From the NCBI GenBank assembly GCA_964370575.1, contig CAYJJT010000001.1, positions 1,192 through 60,988 on the forward strand: a DNA stretch of 59,797 nt, read 5' to 3'. The notes under the pieces were generated by a model. The model was not told where the DNA came from and made no database searches. It worked only from the letters and a program-made list of their open reading frames with translations. This DNA is from an uncultured Muribaculaceae bacterium. Lineage in GTDB: Bacteria; Bacillota_I; Bacilli_A; RF39; UBA660. The first letter of the stretch is position 1. Each line of letters opens with the position of its first letter. The position numbers were made by a program, and so were the translations under genes. Positions 10,329-21,148 of this stretch are shown in pieces.

Positions 10329-10724
10329 TTAGTCACAATTATTAACTTTATTAGATATATATTTATATATACTGTACATTGTATCTAAAGGAATAGGCTT
10401 TTGAAATCTAACTTTAACTTCATAACCACTTGTAGTTAAAATTTCAAAAGCTGTATTTATATTATGTATTTCTATATTATAAGTTGAAACAGATTGAAAC
10501 GGTACTGAATAAATACTTCTTCTAAACCCTCTAATACCACGACAATCTACTATTGTAATACGTCTATCAGTTAATATAAATAAATCTCTAGTCGCTTGAC
10601 ATACTATATATATTTTTTCATCTTCATTAAATATTTTTTTAACTTCATCTTCTAAATCATTAAATTCTATAATTTTTGTATAAGTTAATTCTGCAGTTAG
10701 TGGTTTAAATTTTATATAAGCCAT
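10329..10724 (-). CDS. Bacterial PH (bPH)-like domain protein
   Basis: LFILTDRRITIVD...SIYSVPFQSVSTYNIE resembles the bPH/YokE-like pattern. RBS GGAGGA. Confidence 0.35.
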   Translation of the reverse strand: MAYIKFKPLTAELTYTKIIEFNDLEDEVKKIFNEDEKIYIVCQATRDLFILTDRRITIVDCRGIRGFRRSIYSVPFQSVSTYNIEIHNINTAFEILTTSGYEVKVRFQKPIPLDTMYSIYKYISNKVNNCD

Positions 10725-10732
10725 AATTCCTC

Positions 10733-11266
10733 CTATTTAATTGTTCCAATTTTATTAAATGGATATAGTCTAAATATTACTTCACCTACTATATCTTCTT
10801 TTTTTACTAATCCTAATGTTCTACTATCAACTGAATCACCACGATTATCACCTAATACTAAATACATATTATTAGGTATTTCATCATATCCAATATGTTC
10901 CATTTTAAAGTCTTCACTTATACTTAATTTATCATCTAAATATGATTCTTCATAAATTTCTCCATTTATAAATAATTTGTTATTTAATATTTGAACAGTG
11001 TCACCAGGTAAACCAATAACCCTTTTTACCATGTAATTCCCTTCATTAAATTTAACACTTACTATATCACCATATTCAATATCAAAGAAAGCATATTTAG
11101 CTTTATTTAATATAACAACATCGCGGTCATTAAGTGTATAATTCATAGAATTACCAACAACTTGCTGTAGAGATACTATATATACAATAATTAATATTAT
11201 TAAAGCAATAAATATTATATAACCTATTGTATCTTTAAAAAACTCTTTAATTGTTCTAATATCCAT
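10733..11266 (-). CDS. lepB: Signal peptidase I
   Basis: N-terminal TM, with GNSMNYTL (catalytic Ser), VKRVIGLPGD (Lys box) and GDNRGDSVDSR. Confidence 0.9.
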   Translation of the reverse strand: MDIRTIKEFFKDTIGYIIFIALIILIIVYIVSLQQVVGNSMNYTLNDRDVVILNKAKYAFFDIEYGDIVSVKFNEGNYMVKRVIGLPGDTVQILNNKLFINGEIYEESYLDDKLSISEDFKMEHIGYDEIPNNMYLVLGDNRGDSVDSRTLGLVKKEDIVGEVIFRLYPFNKIGTIK

Positions 11267-11283
11267 AATATCTCCTTTTATTA

Positions 11284-12708
11284 CTAATTACTTAATCTTT
11301 TAAGTATAACTTCTTTTCCTATTAAATAAATTGTATCTGGAAGTTCCGGTCCATGCATTTTACCACTAGTTTTAATTCTAATTGGCATAAACAACATCTT
11401 ACCTTTTGCTCCACTTTTTTCTTTTGTATTATTTATAGCTAATTTAATATTATCAATATTCCATTCATTAATAGCTTCAATTTCTGTTTTAAACACATTT
11501 AACGTATCATCAATACCTTCACTAGTCATAAACTCTTTTGCTTCGCTATCTAACTCTATATTTTCTTCAAAAAACAATTCAGTTTCCTCTACAATTTCTT
11601 TACCATAACTAATATGATTTTGATATATTGTTACCAAATGTTTAATCCATTCATCATTTTTATTACTTAAATCATAATTTGCTTCTAAATGATTTTTAGT
11701 TATTGATAATAATGTATCAATGTCTAATTTCTTTACATAATGAGCATTAACCCAGTTTAATTTTTTTATATCAAAAACTGCTGGAGATTTATTTATACGA
11801 CTAGGATCAAATATTTCAGATAATTCTTCTAGAGAAAATATTTCTACATTTGTAGGAGGACTCCACCCTAATAATACTAAATAATTTACAATAGCTTCTG
11901 GTAAATATCCATCATTATATAAATCCATAAATGATGCATCACCATTTCTTTTAGATAGTTTTTTACCATCACTACCATTTACCATTGGTAAATGGACATA
12001 TACAGGTTTTTGCCATCCAAATGCTTCATATAGTAAATTATATTTAGGCGTACTCATTAAATACTCATTTCCACGTGCTACATGAGTTATTCCCATTAAA
12101 TGGTCATCTACTACATTAGCAAAATTATAAGTTGGATAACCATCACTTTTAAGTAATATTTGATCCTCCAATATTCTATTTTCAACAGTTATTTTTCCAT
12201 AAACAATATCTTCATAAGTACTAACACCTTCCTTAGGCATTTTTTGTCTTATTACATATGGTATTCCAGCTTCTATTTTACTTTTAATTTCTTCTTCAGT
12301 TAATTTTTTACATTCTCCATCATACATAAATGCTATCTTTTCTTCTTCAGCTTGAGTTCTAAGTTTATCTAATCTCTCACTTGTACAAAAACAATAGTAA
12401 GCATGACCTAGTTCTACTAATTTATGAGCATATTCTTTATAAATATCTAATCTTTCGCTTTGAGTATATGGTCCATAATTTCCACCATTATTTGGTCCTT
12501 CATTAAAATTTAATCCACATAGTTTACAAGTATCATAAATAAATTCAACTGCTCCATCTACTTTACGAGTTTGATCTGTATCTTCTATTCTTAATATAAA
12601 TTCCCCATTAGAGGTACTTGCTAATAAATATTCATATATAGCACTTCTTAAATTACCCACATGCATATATCCTGTCGGACTTGGGGCATAACGTGTTCTT
12701 ACTTTCAT
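11284..12708 (-). CDS. gltX: Glutamate--tRNA ligase
   Basis: RYAPSPTGYMHVGNLR (HIGH) and KLSKR (KMSKS). Start moved to the ATG after AGGTGAT. Confidence 0.95.
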   Translation of the reverse strand: MKVRTRYAPSPTGYMHVGNLRSAIYEYLLASTSNGEFILRIEDTDQTRKVDGAVEFIYDTCKLCGLNFNEGPNNGGNYGPYTQSERLDIYKEYAHKLVELGHAYYCFCTSERLDKLRTQAEEEKIAFMYDGECKKLTEEEIKSKIEAGIPYVIRQKMPKEGVSTYEDIVYGKITVENRILEDQILLKSDGYPTYNFANVVDDHLMGITHVARGNEYLMSTPKYNLLYEAFGWQKPVYVHLPMVNGSDGKKLSKRNGDASFMDLYNDGYLPEAIVNYLVLLGWSPPTNVEIFSLEELSEIFDPSRINKSPAVFDIKKLNWVNAHYVKKLDIDTLLSITKNHLEANYDLSNKNDEWIKHLVTIYQNHISYGKEIVEETELFFEENIELDSEAKEFMTSEGIDDTLNVFKTEIEAINEWNIDNIKLAINNTKEKSGAKGKMLFMPIRIKTSGKMHGPELPDTIYLIGKEVILKRLSN

Positions 12709-12818
12709 TCTAATCACCTATTACATTTTATCAAATTAATAACTAGAATACAAATAAATACTAGCTATTTTATTATGTTTAAAAAAAAATAACTTAATCA
12801 AATAAGTTATTTTTATAA

Positions 12819-13082
12819 TTAATTATCTAAAGTTAAAACTTTAGCCTTTTGTAGAGTCATAGTTGTTTCAATTACATTGTTAAGTGAATTATTTATTTTA
12901 GCAAATTCTAATGAAACTGGAACGTAAGGAATTACATTTCCTAATTGGGCAGGTGATAAAACATTAGTTGCTTCTCTGTAAAAATTTTCTACAGCACTAT
13001 ATTCTTTAACTTCTCTGCCATTTCCTTTGCTTAAATACCCAAAATTACTTTCTTTTATTAATGTGTCTACTAAATTTGTCAT
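12819..13082 (-). CDS. Hypothetical protein (87 aa)
   Basis: An ORF with RBS GGAGAA, lying 2 nt downstream of the 178-aa ORF. A hairpin terminator follows. No recognisable motif. Confidence 0.5.
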   Translation of the reverse strand: MTNLVDTLIKESNFGYLSKGNGREVKEYSAVENFYREATNVLSPAQLGNVIPYVPVSLEFAKINNSLNNVIETTMTLQKAKVLTLDN

Positions 13083-13084
13083 AA

Positions 13085-13621
13085 CTATTCTCCTTTTTTG
13101 ACAATACTGTCTATTAATAAGTCTGTGTCATGGTTAAAAAATGCATTTTTTAAGACATCATCTCCAATAAGTTTACCAACTATATTACAAGCAGTAATTT
13201 CTTCTTTGAAGAAGTCATCTTCACTTACATTTCCTACTAACATATTTGCTATTCCTGCGATATAACCAATATTTATACCAACAAACTTTTCTTCTTTATC
13301 AAATCCTATGTTACCTTCTTTATTCATAATTATTCTTATAACAATATTCATAAAGAAATTTCTAGAATCTTCTAAAGCCTCAAGCCCTTTAACATTAATA
13401 GTTAATTTATTTAATTTACTATTATAATCAAGTGGAAAAGAATTAACATAAGCAGATACTTTTTCAAATTTTAAAGTTTTTAAATTATTACATAAATTTT
13501 CTAAACTAACTTCTTTAAACGTTTCATGAAATACATTTACTAAACCTAAAATATTTTCCTTGATTGCTAAATCTAAATTCTTATTTGAATTTAGTGCTGT
13601 TTCTACATCTTTCATATTCAT
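13085..13621 (-). CDS. Hypothetical protein (178 aa)
   Basis: An ORF with RBS GGGTGAT. No recognisable motif. Confidence 0.5.
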   Translation of the reverse strand: MNMKDVETALNSNKNLDLAIKENILGLVNVFHETFKEVSLENLCNNLKTLKFEKVSAYVNSFPLDYNSKLNKLTINVKGLEALEDSRNFFMNIVIRIIMNKEGNIGFDKEEKFVGINIGYIAGIANMLVGNVSEDDFFKEEITACNIVGKLIGDDVLKNAFFNHDTDLLIDSIVKKGE

Positions 13622-13759
13622 TATATCACCCTAATATTCCTTTAATATTTATTATAGCAATATGTTAATAAATTATCAATATTAAATTCGTCAAACCTTG
13701 ATAACTTAGTTATATATTTTAACACAAATAAAAAAAAAGAAAAGACTTTTTTCTTCTCT

Positions 13760-14809
13760 TTACACAATATATGTCAACTCTCCCATTTCACTAGTTGGTA
13801 TAAATCCTGCAGATTCAACTAACAAATCTGGAATTCTATTTATAACACTTGCACAAGTTAATTCAACTGTATTTGGTCTATTAACTGTTACTGTTGTTGT
13901 AGGTTCTCCTTCAATAGTCCATTCATTTTTATCAAATTCATTTTCGTCATAAACTTTACCAATACATTCAGCAACTATTGTAATACCCTCTTTAGTTTCT
14001 GTAGTAACTACCGCACTCATTCCTGTTGCATTACCTGCTTCTATCGTCATATTTAAAGTACTACTTGTTATAGCTTTATCACTAACTGTTGGTACACATT
14101 TTTGTGTTTGTGAAATAATAGTCAACCCTAATTTATCACAAATCCAACCACTTGCACTCCACATATAAGATGGTAAGAATTTACCATCTGCAATTAAATT
14201 TGCACGTTCTTCTTCACTAATTTTATCTGCACTTGCAATTTCTTTATCGAAATCTTCTAAACTAAGACCAGCACCATGAGCTTGAGCTAATGCTATACCA
14301 TAATCTTCAACATTATAACTACTACTACCAATTATTTTGTTAATTTTATGAGTAGTTCCAGCCATCAGGCTTATTAAGTTTCCCCAAGCAACATCTTGAT
14401 ATCCATTACCTGTAATTGTACAGTTATTTTCAGTTGCTACTTTATCTAAAGCCATAGTCATAGCTGGCGATGAAGTAATTGGGTAGAAAGCCTCTTCACA
14501 AGTAGTTATAGCATTAACCCCTAGCCTAGCACATAACATTAAAGATTCATACACATCAGTCATTAAACTCATTGTTGTCACTATACAAACATCTGGTTTA
14601 ACACTAATCATCATTCCTTCAGCTTGCTCTGGGCTTACTATTTTTACTCCTAATGGTTCACATCCTAATATTTCCCCAATGTCTTTTCCAATAACTTCAG
14701 TATCTGTATCTACTGCTCCTACTATTGTTGCTCCTTTTTCAATTGCATATCTCATTGTGTAAATACTCATTTTTCCACAACCATATTGAACAATTTTAAC
14801 TCCGTTCAT
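13760..14809 (-). CDS. NAD(P)-dependent DapB-N-like oxidoreductase (amine dehydrogenase / 2,4-diaminopentanoate dehydrogenase-like family)
   Basis: N-terminal Rossmann motif VKIVQYGCGKM...GATIVGAVD. Overall resemblance to the Ord / amine dehydrogenase family. Confidence 0.5.
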   Translation of the reverse strand: MNGVKIVQYGCGKMSIYTMRYAIEKGATIVGAVDTDTEVIGKDIGEILGCEPLGVKIVSPEQAEGMMISVKPDVCIVTTMSLMTDVYESLMLCARLGVNAITTCEEAFYPITSSPAMTMALDKVATENNCTITGNGYQDVAWGNLISLMAGTTHKINKIIGSSSYNVEDYGIALAQAHGAGLSLEDFDKEIASADKISEEERANLIADGKFLPSYMWSASGWICDKLGLTIISQTQKCVPTVSDKAITSSTLNMTIEAGNATGMSAVVTTETKEGITIVAECIGKVYDENEFDKNEWTIEGEPTTTVTVNRPNTVELTCASVINRIPDLLVESAGFIPTSEMGELTYIV

Positions 14810-14898
14810 AATATCCCCCTTTATTTTATTACAATGTTATTATATCATTATTTAATAAAGTTTGTATTATTTGATTTATTTATTTACACAATTTCACA

Positions 14899-17217
14899 TT
14901 AACTAACTAATAGTTCATCTAATTTATCAATAATTATATTATCATTATTACTAATTAAATGATTTATAATTTTATTCTCTATATATTCATCAATTAATTT
15001 ATCTATTTTTCTAGCTCCAAATTCCTCATAGTCACATTTTTTTATCAATTCTTCTATTATATTGTTTTTGATTACTAACTTAATATTTTTTTCTTTATAT
15101 TTACTTTTAATTATATTTAATTTTTTTATAACTAATTTTTTTATAACCTCATGGTTTAGTTTATTAAATATAATTATTTTATCTAATCTATTTATAAATG
15201 GAATTGAAAAAACTTCTTTTAATTTATTAACTGCCTTTTTATTTTCATTATCTTTAAAACCAATATTTATATCATGAAAACCAACATTAGATGTCATTAT
15301 AATAGTGGTATGATCAAATCGTACAGTCTCTCCATTAGATAATTTTATTTTACTATCATCTAATATTTGAAGAAATAGATTTATCACTTTAGGATTAGCT
15401 TTTTCAATCTCATCTAATATAAGTACACTATATGGTTTTCTTTTTATATCCTCAAATATACTTGCTTCATTATACCCTATATATCCTGGAGGAGATCCAA
15501 TTAATTTTGAAATACTATGACTTTCAATAAACTCACTCATATCTAATTTAATAATATTCTTATTACCTACTAAATGACTAGCAAATATTTTTGCCAAATA
15601 ACTTTTCCCTACTCCACTAGGACCTGAAAACATATAAGCATGACATCTATTTTTGTCAGTAAACCCCAATTTACTTTTTTTTATTAAATTATTAACTAAT
15701 TCTAAAGCTTTATCTTGCCCTAATATTTTATTCCTAAGATCTTTTTTTATTTTATTTATTACTTTATCGTTATCACTATATAATTCATAAATTGGAATAC
15801 CTGTTTTAATATTAATTACTTCTTTAACGTCCATTATTGTTACAACTTTATCAATTTTTTTCTTATTCATTTTAAGTTCAATATTATTAACCTCATTAGC
15901 CAACTTATTTTCTTCATCTCTGAGCAATAAAGCTTCATCAAATAAATCTTTTTCTAGTAAGGCTACTTTTTCTTGTTTTATATCAATTAATTTTTTATTA
16001 AGCTTATTATATTTTCTAGCAACACTACTTTCTCTTAAACTTGCTTTAGCACAGACTTCATCTAAAATATCAATAGATTTATCTGGTTCTTCTCTATCGA
16101 AAATATATTCATCACTAAATTTTATTATCATATCAATTATATCGTTACTTAATATAACTGAATGGAATTTTTCATAGATAGGTTTTAATTTCATTAATAT
16201 CTCTTTTACTACTTCTTTAGTAGGAGTTTCGATATTAATTTTTTGAAATCTTCTTGCTAGAGCTCCATCGGGCTCAATATATTTTTTGTATTCTTTAGTT
16301 GTAGTTGCACCTATTAATCTAATTTTCCCCCTAGCTAGAGCAGGTTTAAATATATTAGAGGCATCAATCGCACCTTCAGCTCCTCCTGCTCCTACTAATG
16401 TATGTATTTCATCAATAAACAATATTATATCTTCATTATTTTCTACTTCTTTTAATATCTTTCTAATTCTATCTTCAAATTCGCCACGATATTTGGTTCC
16501 TGCAACAGTTGAAGCCATATCTAGTGAAATTAATCTTTTATCTTTAAGAGCATATGGAACTTCTTTACTAGATATCATACGACTTAACTCTTCTACTATT
16601 GCTGTTTTACCTACTCCCGGTGAGCCTATTAGGATAGGGTTATTCTTAGTTCTTCTTACTAATATTTCTAACAATCTATTTATTTCTTCTTTTCTGCCAA
16701 TTACTGGATCTGTTAAACCTTCTTTTGCTTTCATCGTCAAATCAATACCTAATTCATCTAATACTAATTTTTCATTTTTTTCCTTACTAGTATTAATTAT
16801 TTTAGGAGCAAATTCTTTATATAATTTATCTAAATCTATTTTCATAGCTAATAATATTCTGATAGCTACACCCTCACCTTCTTCTAACAAACTAGAAAAT
16901 AAGTGACTTACAGTTACTTCACTATTATTATTTTCTTTAGAATCTAATAAAGCATTTTCTAAAATTCTTCTTAACATAGGTGTATATAAAAACCATTCAC
17001 TTTCCTTACTTCCAATACCAACAATTTTTATTAATTCAGCTTTAAATTTATTATAAGTTAGCTTAAATTCTTTTAATTTTTTACTAACATTCGTATTACT
17101 TTTTAAAATTGCTAATAGTAAATGCTCACTACCAACATATGGATGATTTAGTTTTTTCATTTCATTTTTAGCTTCAACTACTACAATTCTTGCTTTTTCT
17201 TCAAAATTTCCGTACAT
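14899..17217 (-). CDS. clpC: ATP-dependent Clp protease ATP-binding subunit, ClpC-type
   Basis: Clp_N repeats, two AAA+ modules (GSPGVGKTAIVE, GPSGVGKSYLAK) and the GAR motif. Confidence 0.9.
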   Translation of the reverse strand: MYGNFEEKARIVVVEAKNEMKKLNHPYVGSEHLLLAILKSNTNVSKKLKEFKLTYNKFKAELIKIVGIGSKESEWFLYTPMLRRILENALLDSKENNNSEVTVSHLFSSLLEEGEGVAIRILLAMKIDLDKLYKEFAPKIINTSKEKNEKLVLDELGIDLTMKAKEGLTDPVIGRKEEINRLLEILVRRTKNNPILIGSPGVGKTAIVEELSRMISSKEVPYALKDKRLISLDMASTVAGTKYRGEFEDRIRKILKEVENNEDIILFIDEIHTLVGAGGAEGAIDASNIFKPALARGKIRLIGATTTKEYKKYIEPDGALARRFQKINIETPTKEVVKEILMKLKPIYEKFHSVILSNDIIDMIIKFSDEYIFDREEPDKSIDILDEVCAKASLRESSVARKYNKLNKKLIDIKQEKVALLEKDLFDEALLLRDEENKLANEVNNIELKMNKKKIDKVVTIMDVKEVINIKTGIPIYELYSDNDKVINKIKKDLRNKILGQDKALELVNNLIKKSKLGFTDKNRCHAYMFSGPSGVGKSYLAKIFASHLVGNKNIIKLDMSEFIESHSISKLIGSPPGYIGYNEASIFEDIKRKPYSVLILDEIEKANPKVINLFLQILDDSKIKLSNGETVRFDHTTIIMTSNVGFHDINIGFKDNENKKAVNKLKEVFSIPFINRLDKIIIFNKLNHEVIKKLVIKKLNIIKSKYKEKNIKLVIKNNIIEELIKKCDYEEFGARKIDKLIDEYIENKIINHLISNNDNIIIDKLDELLVS

Positions 17218-17317
17218 ATCTTTCCTCCTATAACTAGTTTATGATTATAGTGGTAAATATTTTGTCTTTTAAACAAAAAAAAGAAGATTTTCGTTCTTCT
17301 TTTTTCGTGTTTATTTT

Positions 17318-18331
17318 TTATTTATTAGCTAGACTAGTAAAATATAGAGCAGTTCTTACCATTTGAGCTGAATAACTCATTTCATTATCATACCAAGTAA
17401 CTACCTTAACTAATTGTTTACCATCTACTTCTAAAATGTCAGTTAATTTAGAATCTACTAAGCTACCAAAATATGATCCAATCACATCACTAGATACAAT
17501 AGGATCAGTAGTATATCCTAATGTTTCATTGGCATTATTTTCAAATAATTTATTTATTTCTTCAACCGAAGTATTTCTTTTTAGTTCAATAGTTAAATCT
17601 ACTACAGAACCTGTTGTTGTTGGAACACGAAGTGCACTTCCATCAAGTTTACCTTGTAAATTAGGAAGTACTAATCCTACTGCTTTTGCTGCACCAGTAC
17701 TAGAAGGCACTATATTACTAGCTCCTGCTCTACCTCGTCTTGCATCAATACCCTTTTTATGTGCTACATCTAAAATTGCTTGATCGTTAGTATAAGCATG
17801 AACTGTAGTCATATAACCTTTTTCAATACCAAATTCACGGTCTAATAAATCTACTACTGGAGCTAAACAATTAGTAGTACAACTAGCTGCACTAATTACT
17901 GTTTCACTTCCATCTAATGTTTTATGATTAACATTATATACAATGGTTTTTAAATCACCCTTTGCTGGTGCTGAAATAATTACTTTTTTTGCTCCTGCTT
18001 CTACATGTTTAGAAGCACTTTCCAGGCTTGTAAATAGTCCTGTACATTCAAATACTAAATCTATTTCCATTTCAGCCCATGGTAAATTTATCGGATCCTT
18101 TTCACTAACTATTTTTACCTTACGATCTTTTATAATAATATTATTATCATCATGACTGATTTCATTAATTTTATAATTTCTATGTGAAGTATCATATTTT
18201 AATAAATATGCTAATTGTTCAGCATCCGTTAAATCATTTATAGCAACTACTTCAACATTAGGAACTTGCTCTAATATTCTAAATACAAGTCTACCTATTC
18301 TCCCAAATCCATTTATTGCGACTTTTGTCAT
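17318..18331 (-). CDS. gap: Type I glyceraldehyde-3-phosphate dehydrogenase
   Basis: INGFGRIGR, active site SCTTNCLAP, and WYDNE. Confidence 0.97.
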   Translation of the reverse strand: MTKVAINGFGRIGRLVFRILEQVPNVEVVAINDLTDAEQLAYLLKYDTSHRNYKINEISHDDNNIIIKDRKVKIVSEKDPINLPWAEMEIDLVFECTGLFTSLESASKHVEAGAKKVIISAPAKGDLKTIVYNVNHKTLDGSETVISAASCTTNCLAPVVDLLDREFGIEKGYMTTVHAYTNDQAILDVAHKKGIDARRGRAGASNIVPSSTGAAKAVGLVLPNLQGKLDGSALRVPTTTGSVVDLTIELKRNTSVEEINKLFENNANETLGYTTDPIVSSDVIGSYFGSLVDSKLTDILEVDGKQLVKVVTWYDNEMSYSAQMVRTALYFTSLANK

Positions 18332-18352
18332 ATATATTTCCTCTTTCTTATT

Positions 18353-20017
18353 TTAATTATGGAAGCAACTATTCCCAATAAACTCTCTTAATACTGAATC
18401 ATTAGGAACTTCTTCACTTGAAAGTGGTAAGAAGTTTCTTAAAAAGTTTATAAGCCTTAGTGCTTCAGGATAATTTTTATTATTTTCATCTATAGAAAAC
18501 AATAATGGTTCAGCATATATTTTCAATACACTAATTTCATATAAAAGAGCTGAATTAATTACTACATCAGAACTTTCTATATATGGGTAAATATATTTAT
18601 TTTCACCCTCTCGTATTTTATTCCACTGAGTTAATGTATCACTCGCACTATTTCCACGAGTTCTACTATCTCTAATCATTCTTCTAAGTTTTCTAATATC
18701 AGTTGTATGAACTCTACTATGATTATCAACATTAAGTGGCGATAGAGGTGTTAAATATATTTTATATTTATTCTTACTATCCACTAACATTGTCAATTTA
18801 TCATTTAAAGCATGTAAACCTTCAACAATAATTATATCAGTATTTTTTTTCAATTGTAACCATTTACGTTTATACTCTTTTTTACCAACTACAAAGTTAT
18901 ATTCCGGAAGTAATACTCTCTCACCATCTAAAAGACGCATCATATCGCGATTGAAAGCTTCTAAATCAATAGCATTTACAGATTCAAAATCATATTCTCC
19001 CTTGTGATTTCTAGGTGTATCTTTACGATCCAAAAAGTAATCATCTATAGATATTTGGTGAGCAGTTATACCTTGACTACGTAAGTACACTTCCAACTTT
19101 TTAGAAGTTGTTGTCTTACCACTACTACTAGGTCCTGCTATCAGAACAAGTTTTATATCATTATCACTATCAGCAATTTTATTAGAAACATCAGCTAATT
19201 GACTATTATATTTGGCTTCACTAATTCTAATTAAATCATTATAGTTATGTGTTGTAACAAATTCATTCAAATCGGCTGCATTTCTAATTTCAACCGTGTC
19301 ACACCAATCAATATATTCTTCATATTTTTCAAATACTTTACCATAATGATTATATTCAAGTGTACATTCAGGATTTGTAATATTTGGAAATCTTATAACA
19401 AACCCTTTCGTATCAATATATGTTAATTTAAATTCATCTAATAATTTTGTACTAGCTGCTAAACCGCTATAAAAATAATCATATATATTACCTAATCTAT
19501 ATAAATGAATATTAGCGTTTGAAATATACTTTAAAGCTTTAACTTTATCAATTTGATTCTTTTTAGAAAAATAATATGATGCATCACTTCTAGATACACT
19601 AACTTTTTTTATTTCTAAATCATCTTCACAATGCTTATGCATTAATATTTCTAATTCGTTTACCACTTCTGGTGTCATTTCTTTATTAACAACTTCACAA
19701 TATACTCCATTATCAATAGAATGTTCAATAATTACTTCTGTATCATCACCAAGTAACATTTTAATAGAATATATCATTAAAAATTGTAATGTATTCTCAT
19801 ATATATAATGACCAATTTCACTACTACGATCATAAAATATAACTTCTGAATCACGAGTTATTTTATCTGTTAATGGAGTTAAATAATTATTTACTTTTGC
19901 AATCAAAATTGGGTAAGTATATTTATCTCTAAAATCTTTACTTATTTCTTGAAATGTTGTATTAGGTTCATAAGTATTAATATCAAAATTACCACTTTTA
20001 ACTTTAAACTTATACAT
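18353..20017 (-). CDS. TGS-domain / uridine kinase (PRK) family nucleoside kinase
   Basis: ThrRS-like N-terminal region followed by the P-loop GPSSSGKTTTSKKL and a uridine-kinase-like C-terminal half. Confidence 0.7.
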   Translation of the reverse strand: MYKFKVKSGNFDINTYEPNTTFQEISKDFRDKYTYPILIAKVNNYLTPLTDKITRDSEVIFYDRSSEIGHYIYENTLQFLMIYSIKMLLGDDTEVIIEHSIDNGVYCEVVNKEMTPEVVNELEILMHKHCEDDLEIKKVSVSRSDASYYFSKKNQIDKVKALKYISNANIHLYRLGNIYDYFYSGLAASTKLLDEFKLTYIDTKGFVIRFPNITNPECTLEYNHYGKVFEKYEEYIDWCDTVEIRNAADLNEFVTTHNYNDLIRISEAKYNSQLADVSNKIADSDNDIKLVLIAGPSSSGKTTTSKKLEVYLRSQGITAHQISIDDYFLDRKDTPRNHKGEYDFESVNAIDLEAFNRDMMRLLDGERVLLPEYNFVVGKKEYKRKWLQLKKNTDIIIVEGLHALNDKLTMLVDSKNKYKIYLTPLSPLNVDNHSRVHTTDIRKLRRMIRDSRTRGNSASDTLTQWNKIREGENKYIYPYIESSDVVINSALLYEISVLKIYAEPLLFSIDENNKNYPEALRLINFLRNFLPLSSEEVPNDSVLREFIGNSCFHN

Positions 20018-20146
20018 ATTATCCCTCTATTCTTATTCTATAATTCATTTTATCAAATATTTAAAAAAAAGTATACAACTATGTCGTATATTAATATGTA
20101 TATTTAATTTTTAATTATATATGATAAATATAGAGAGGGTGATTAG

Positions 20147-20719
20147 ATGTTAATACCAACTGTTATAGAAAAAAGTAATAATAGTGAGCGCGCTTATGAT
20201 ATATATTCTAGATTATTAAAAGATCGAATTATAATATTAGGAGGAGAAGTTAATGATAGTATTGCAAATACTATCGTAGCTCAGCTACTCTATTTAGACT
20301 CTATAAACAAAGAAGATATCAGCCTATATATAAATTCTCCTGGTGGATCTATTAGTGCCGGAATGGCTATTTATGATACTATGAATTTAATAAAAAGCGA
20401 TGTATCTACAATATGTATGGGAATGGCTGCTAGTATGGGAGCATTTCTGTTATCAAGTGGTGCTAAAGGAAAACGCTATTGTTTACCAAATAGTGAAGTT
20501 ATGATTCACCAACCACTTGGTGGTGCTAAAGGACAGGCAACAGAAATTCAAATTGCTGCTGAACATATATTAAAAATAAAAAGTAAACTTAATAAATTAT
20601 TAGCTAAAAATTGTAAACAAAATATTAAAAAAATTGAGCAAGATACTGAAAGAGATAATTTTTTAGACGCTAAAGAAGCACTTAATTACGGACTTGTTGA
20701 TGAAATATTAAGTAAATAG
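20147..20719 (+). CDS. clpP: ATP-dependent Clp protease proteolytic subunit
   Basis: [22 protein letters not shown] (catalytic Ser) and MIHQP (His). Confidence 0.97.
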   Translation: MLIPTVIEKSNNSERAYDIYSRLLKDRIIILGGEVNDSIANTIVAQLLYLDSINKEDISLYINSPGGSISAGMAIYDTMNLIKSDVSTICMGMAASMGAFLLSSGAKGKRYCLPNSEVMIHQPLGGAKGQATEIQIAAEHILKIKSKLNKLLAKNCKQNIKKIEQDTERDNFLDAKEALNYGLVDEILSK

Positions 20720-20765
20720 TATTCAAAAATGTTTTTTTTTGATATACTTTACTTGTGGTGATACT

Positions 20766-21065
20766 ATGAAGGTTGCAGATAATAGATTTAAACTTAGTAC
20801 AGCATATATAATGCTTGGTTTATTGTGCCTATTTTGGTATTTCTTCTTAACTGAAGAAGGTAGTATGCGTAGAATGTATATTACAACTGATATAAATGTA
20901 GCTCTTACTTATGATGTTAATACTATAAGTACTTTATCAGATGGAACTGTTTATACTTTTACACCTGCAACATACACAGAAGATAATAAAAAACACTTTT
21001 ATAAATGTGTTTCTACTAATATAATTATCGAATGTGAATCAATAAGAAATGAATATGACCAATAA
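20766..21065 (+). CDS. Hypothetical small membrane-anchored protein
   Basis: An ORF with RBS GGTGAT before ATG 20766 and one TM (AYIMLGLLCLFWYFFL). A bidirectional terminator lies at 21064-21095. Confidence 0.45.
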   Translation: MKVADNRFKLSTAYIMLGLLCLFWYFFLTEEGSMRRMYITTDINVALTYDVNTISTLSDGTVYTFTPATYTEDNKKHFYKCVSTNIIIECESIRNEYDQ

Positions 21066-21148
21066 AAAAACTTAGTTATTTATCTAAGTTTTTTTGTAAA
21101 TTAATATAATAAACTAAACCCATATAATATTCTTTTCTCAAATTATTA

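Noticed and set aside
16286-16906. A 206-aa plus-strand ORF, and similar ORFs at 15062-15277, 17436-17783, 17943-18155, 24086-24409, 34063-34555, 35143-35379, 48186-48581, 49860-50276, 53891-54157, 54584-54895, 56578-56814 and 59011-59196.
   Set aside because: All lie antisense within well-supported conserved genes (clpC, gap, ezrA, infB, pcrA, ABC genes, tsaB). They have low-complexity Ser/Leu/Ile/Phe-rich translations and no RBS, as expected for shadow ORFs in AT-rich DNA.
17218-17317. CtsR operators (GGTCAAA repeats) upstream of clpC, and upstream of clpP at 20018-20146.
   Set aside because: The heptad repeat is not present in either upstream region, so no claim is made.
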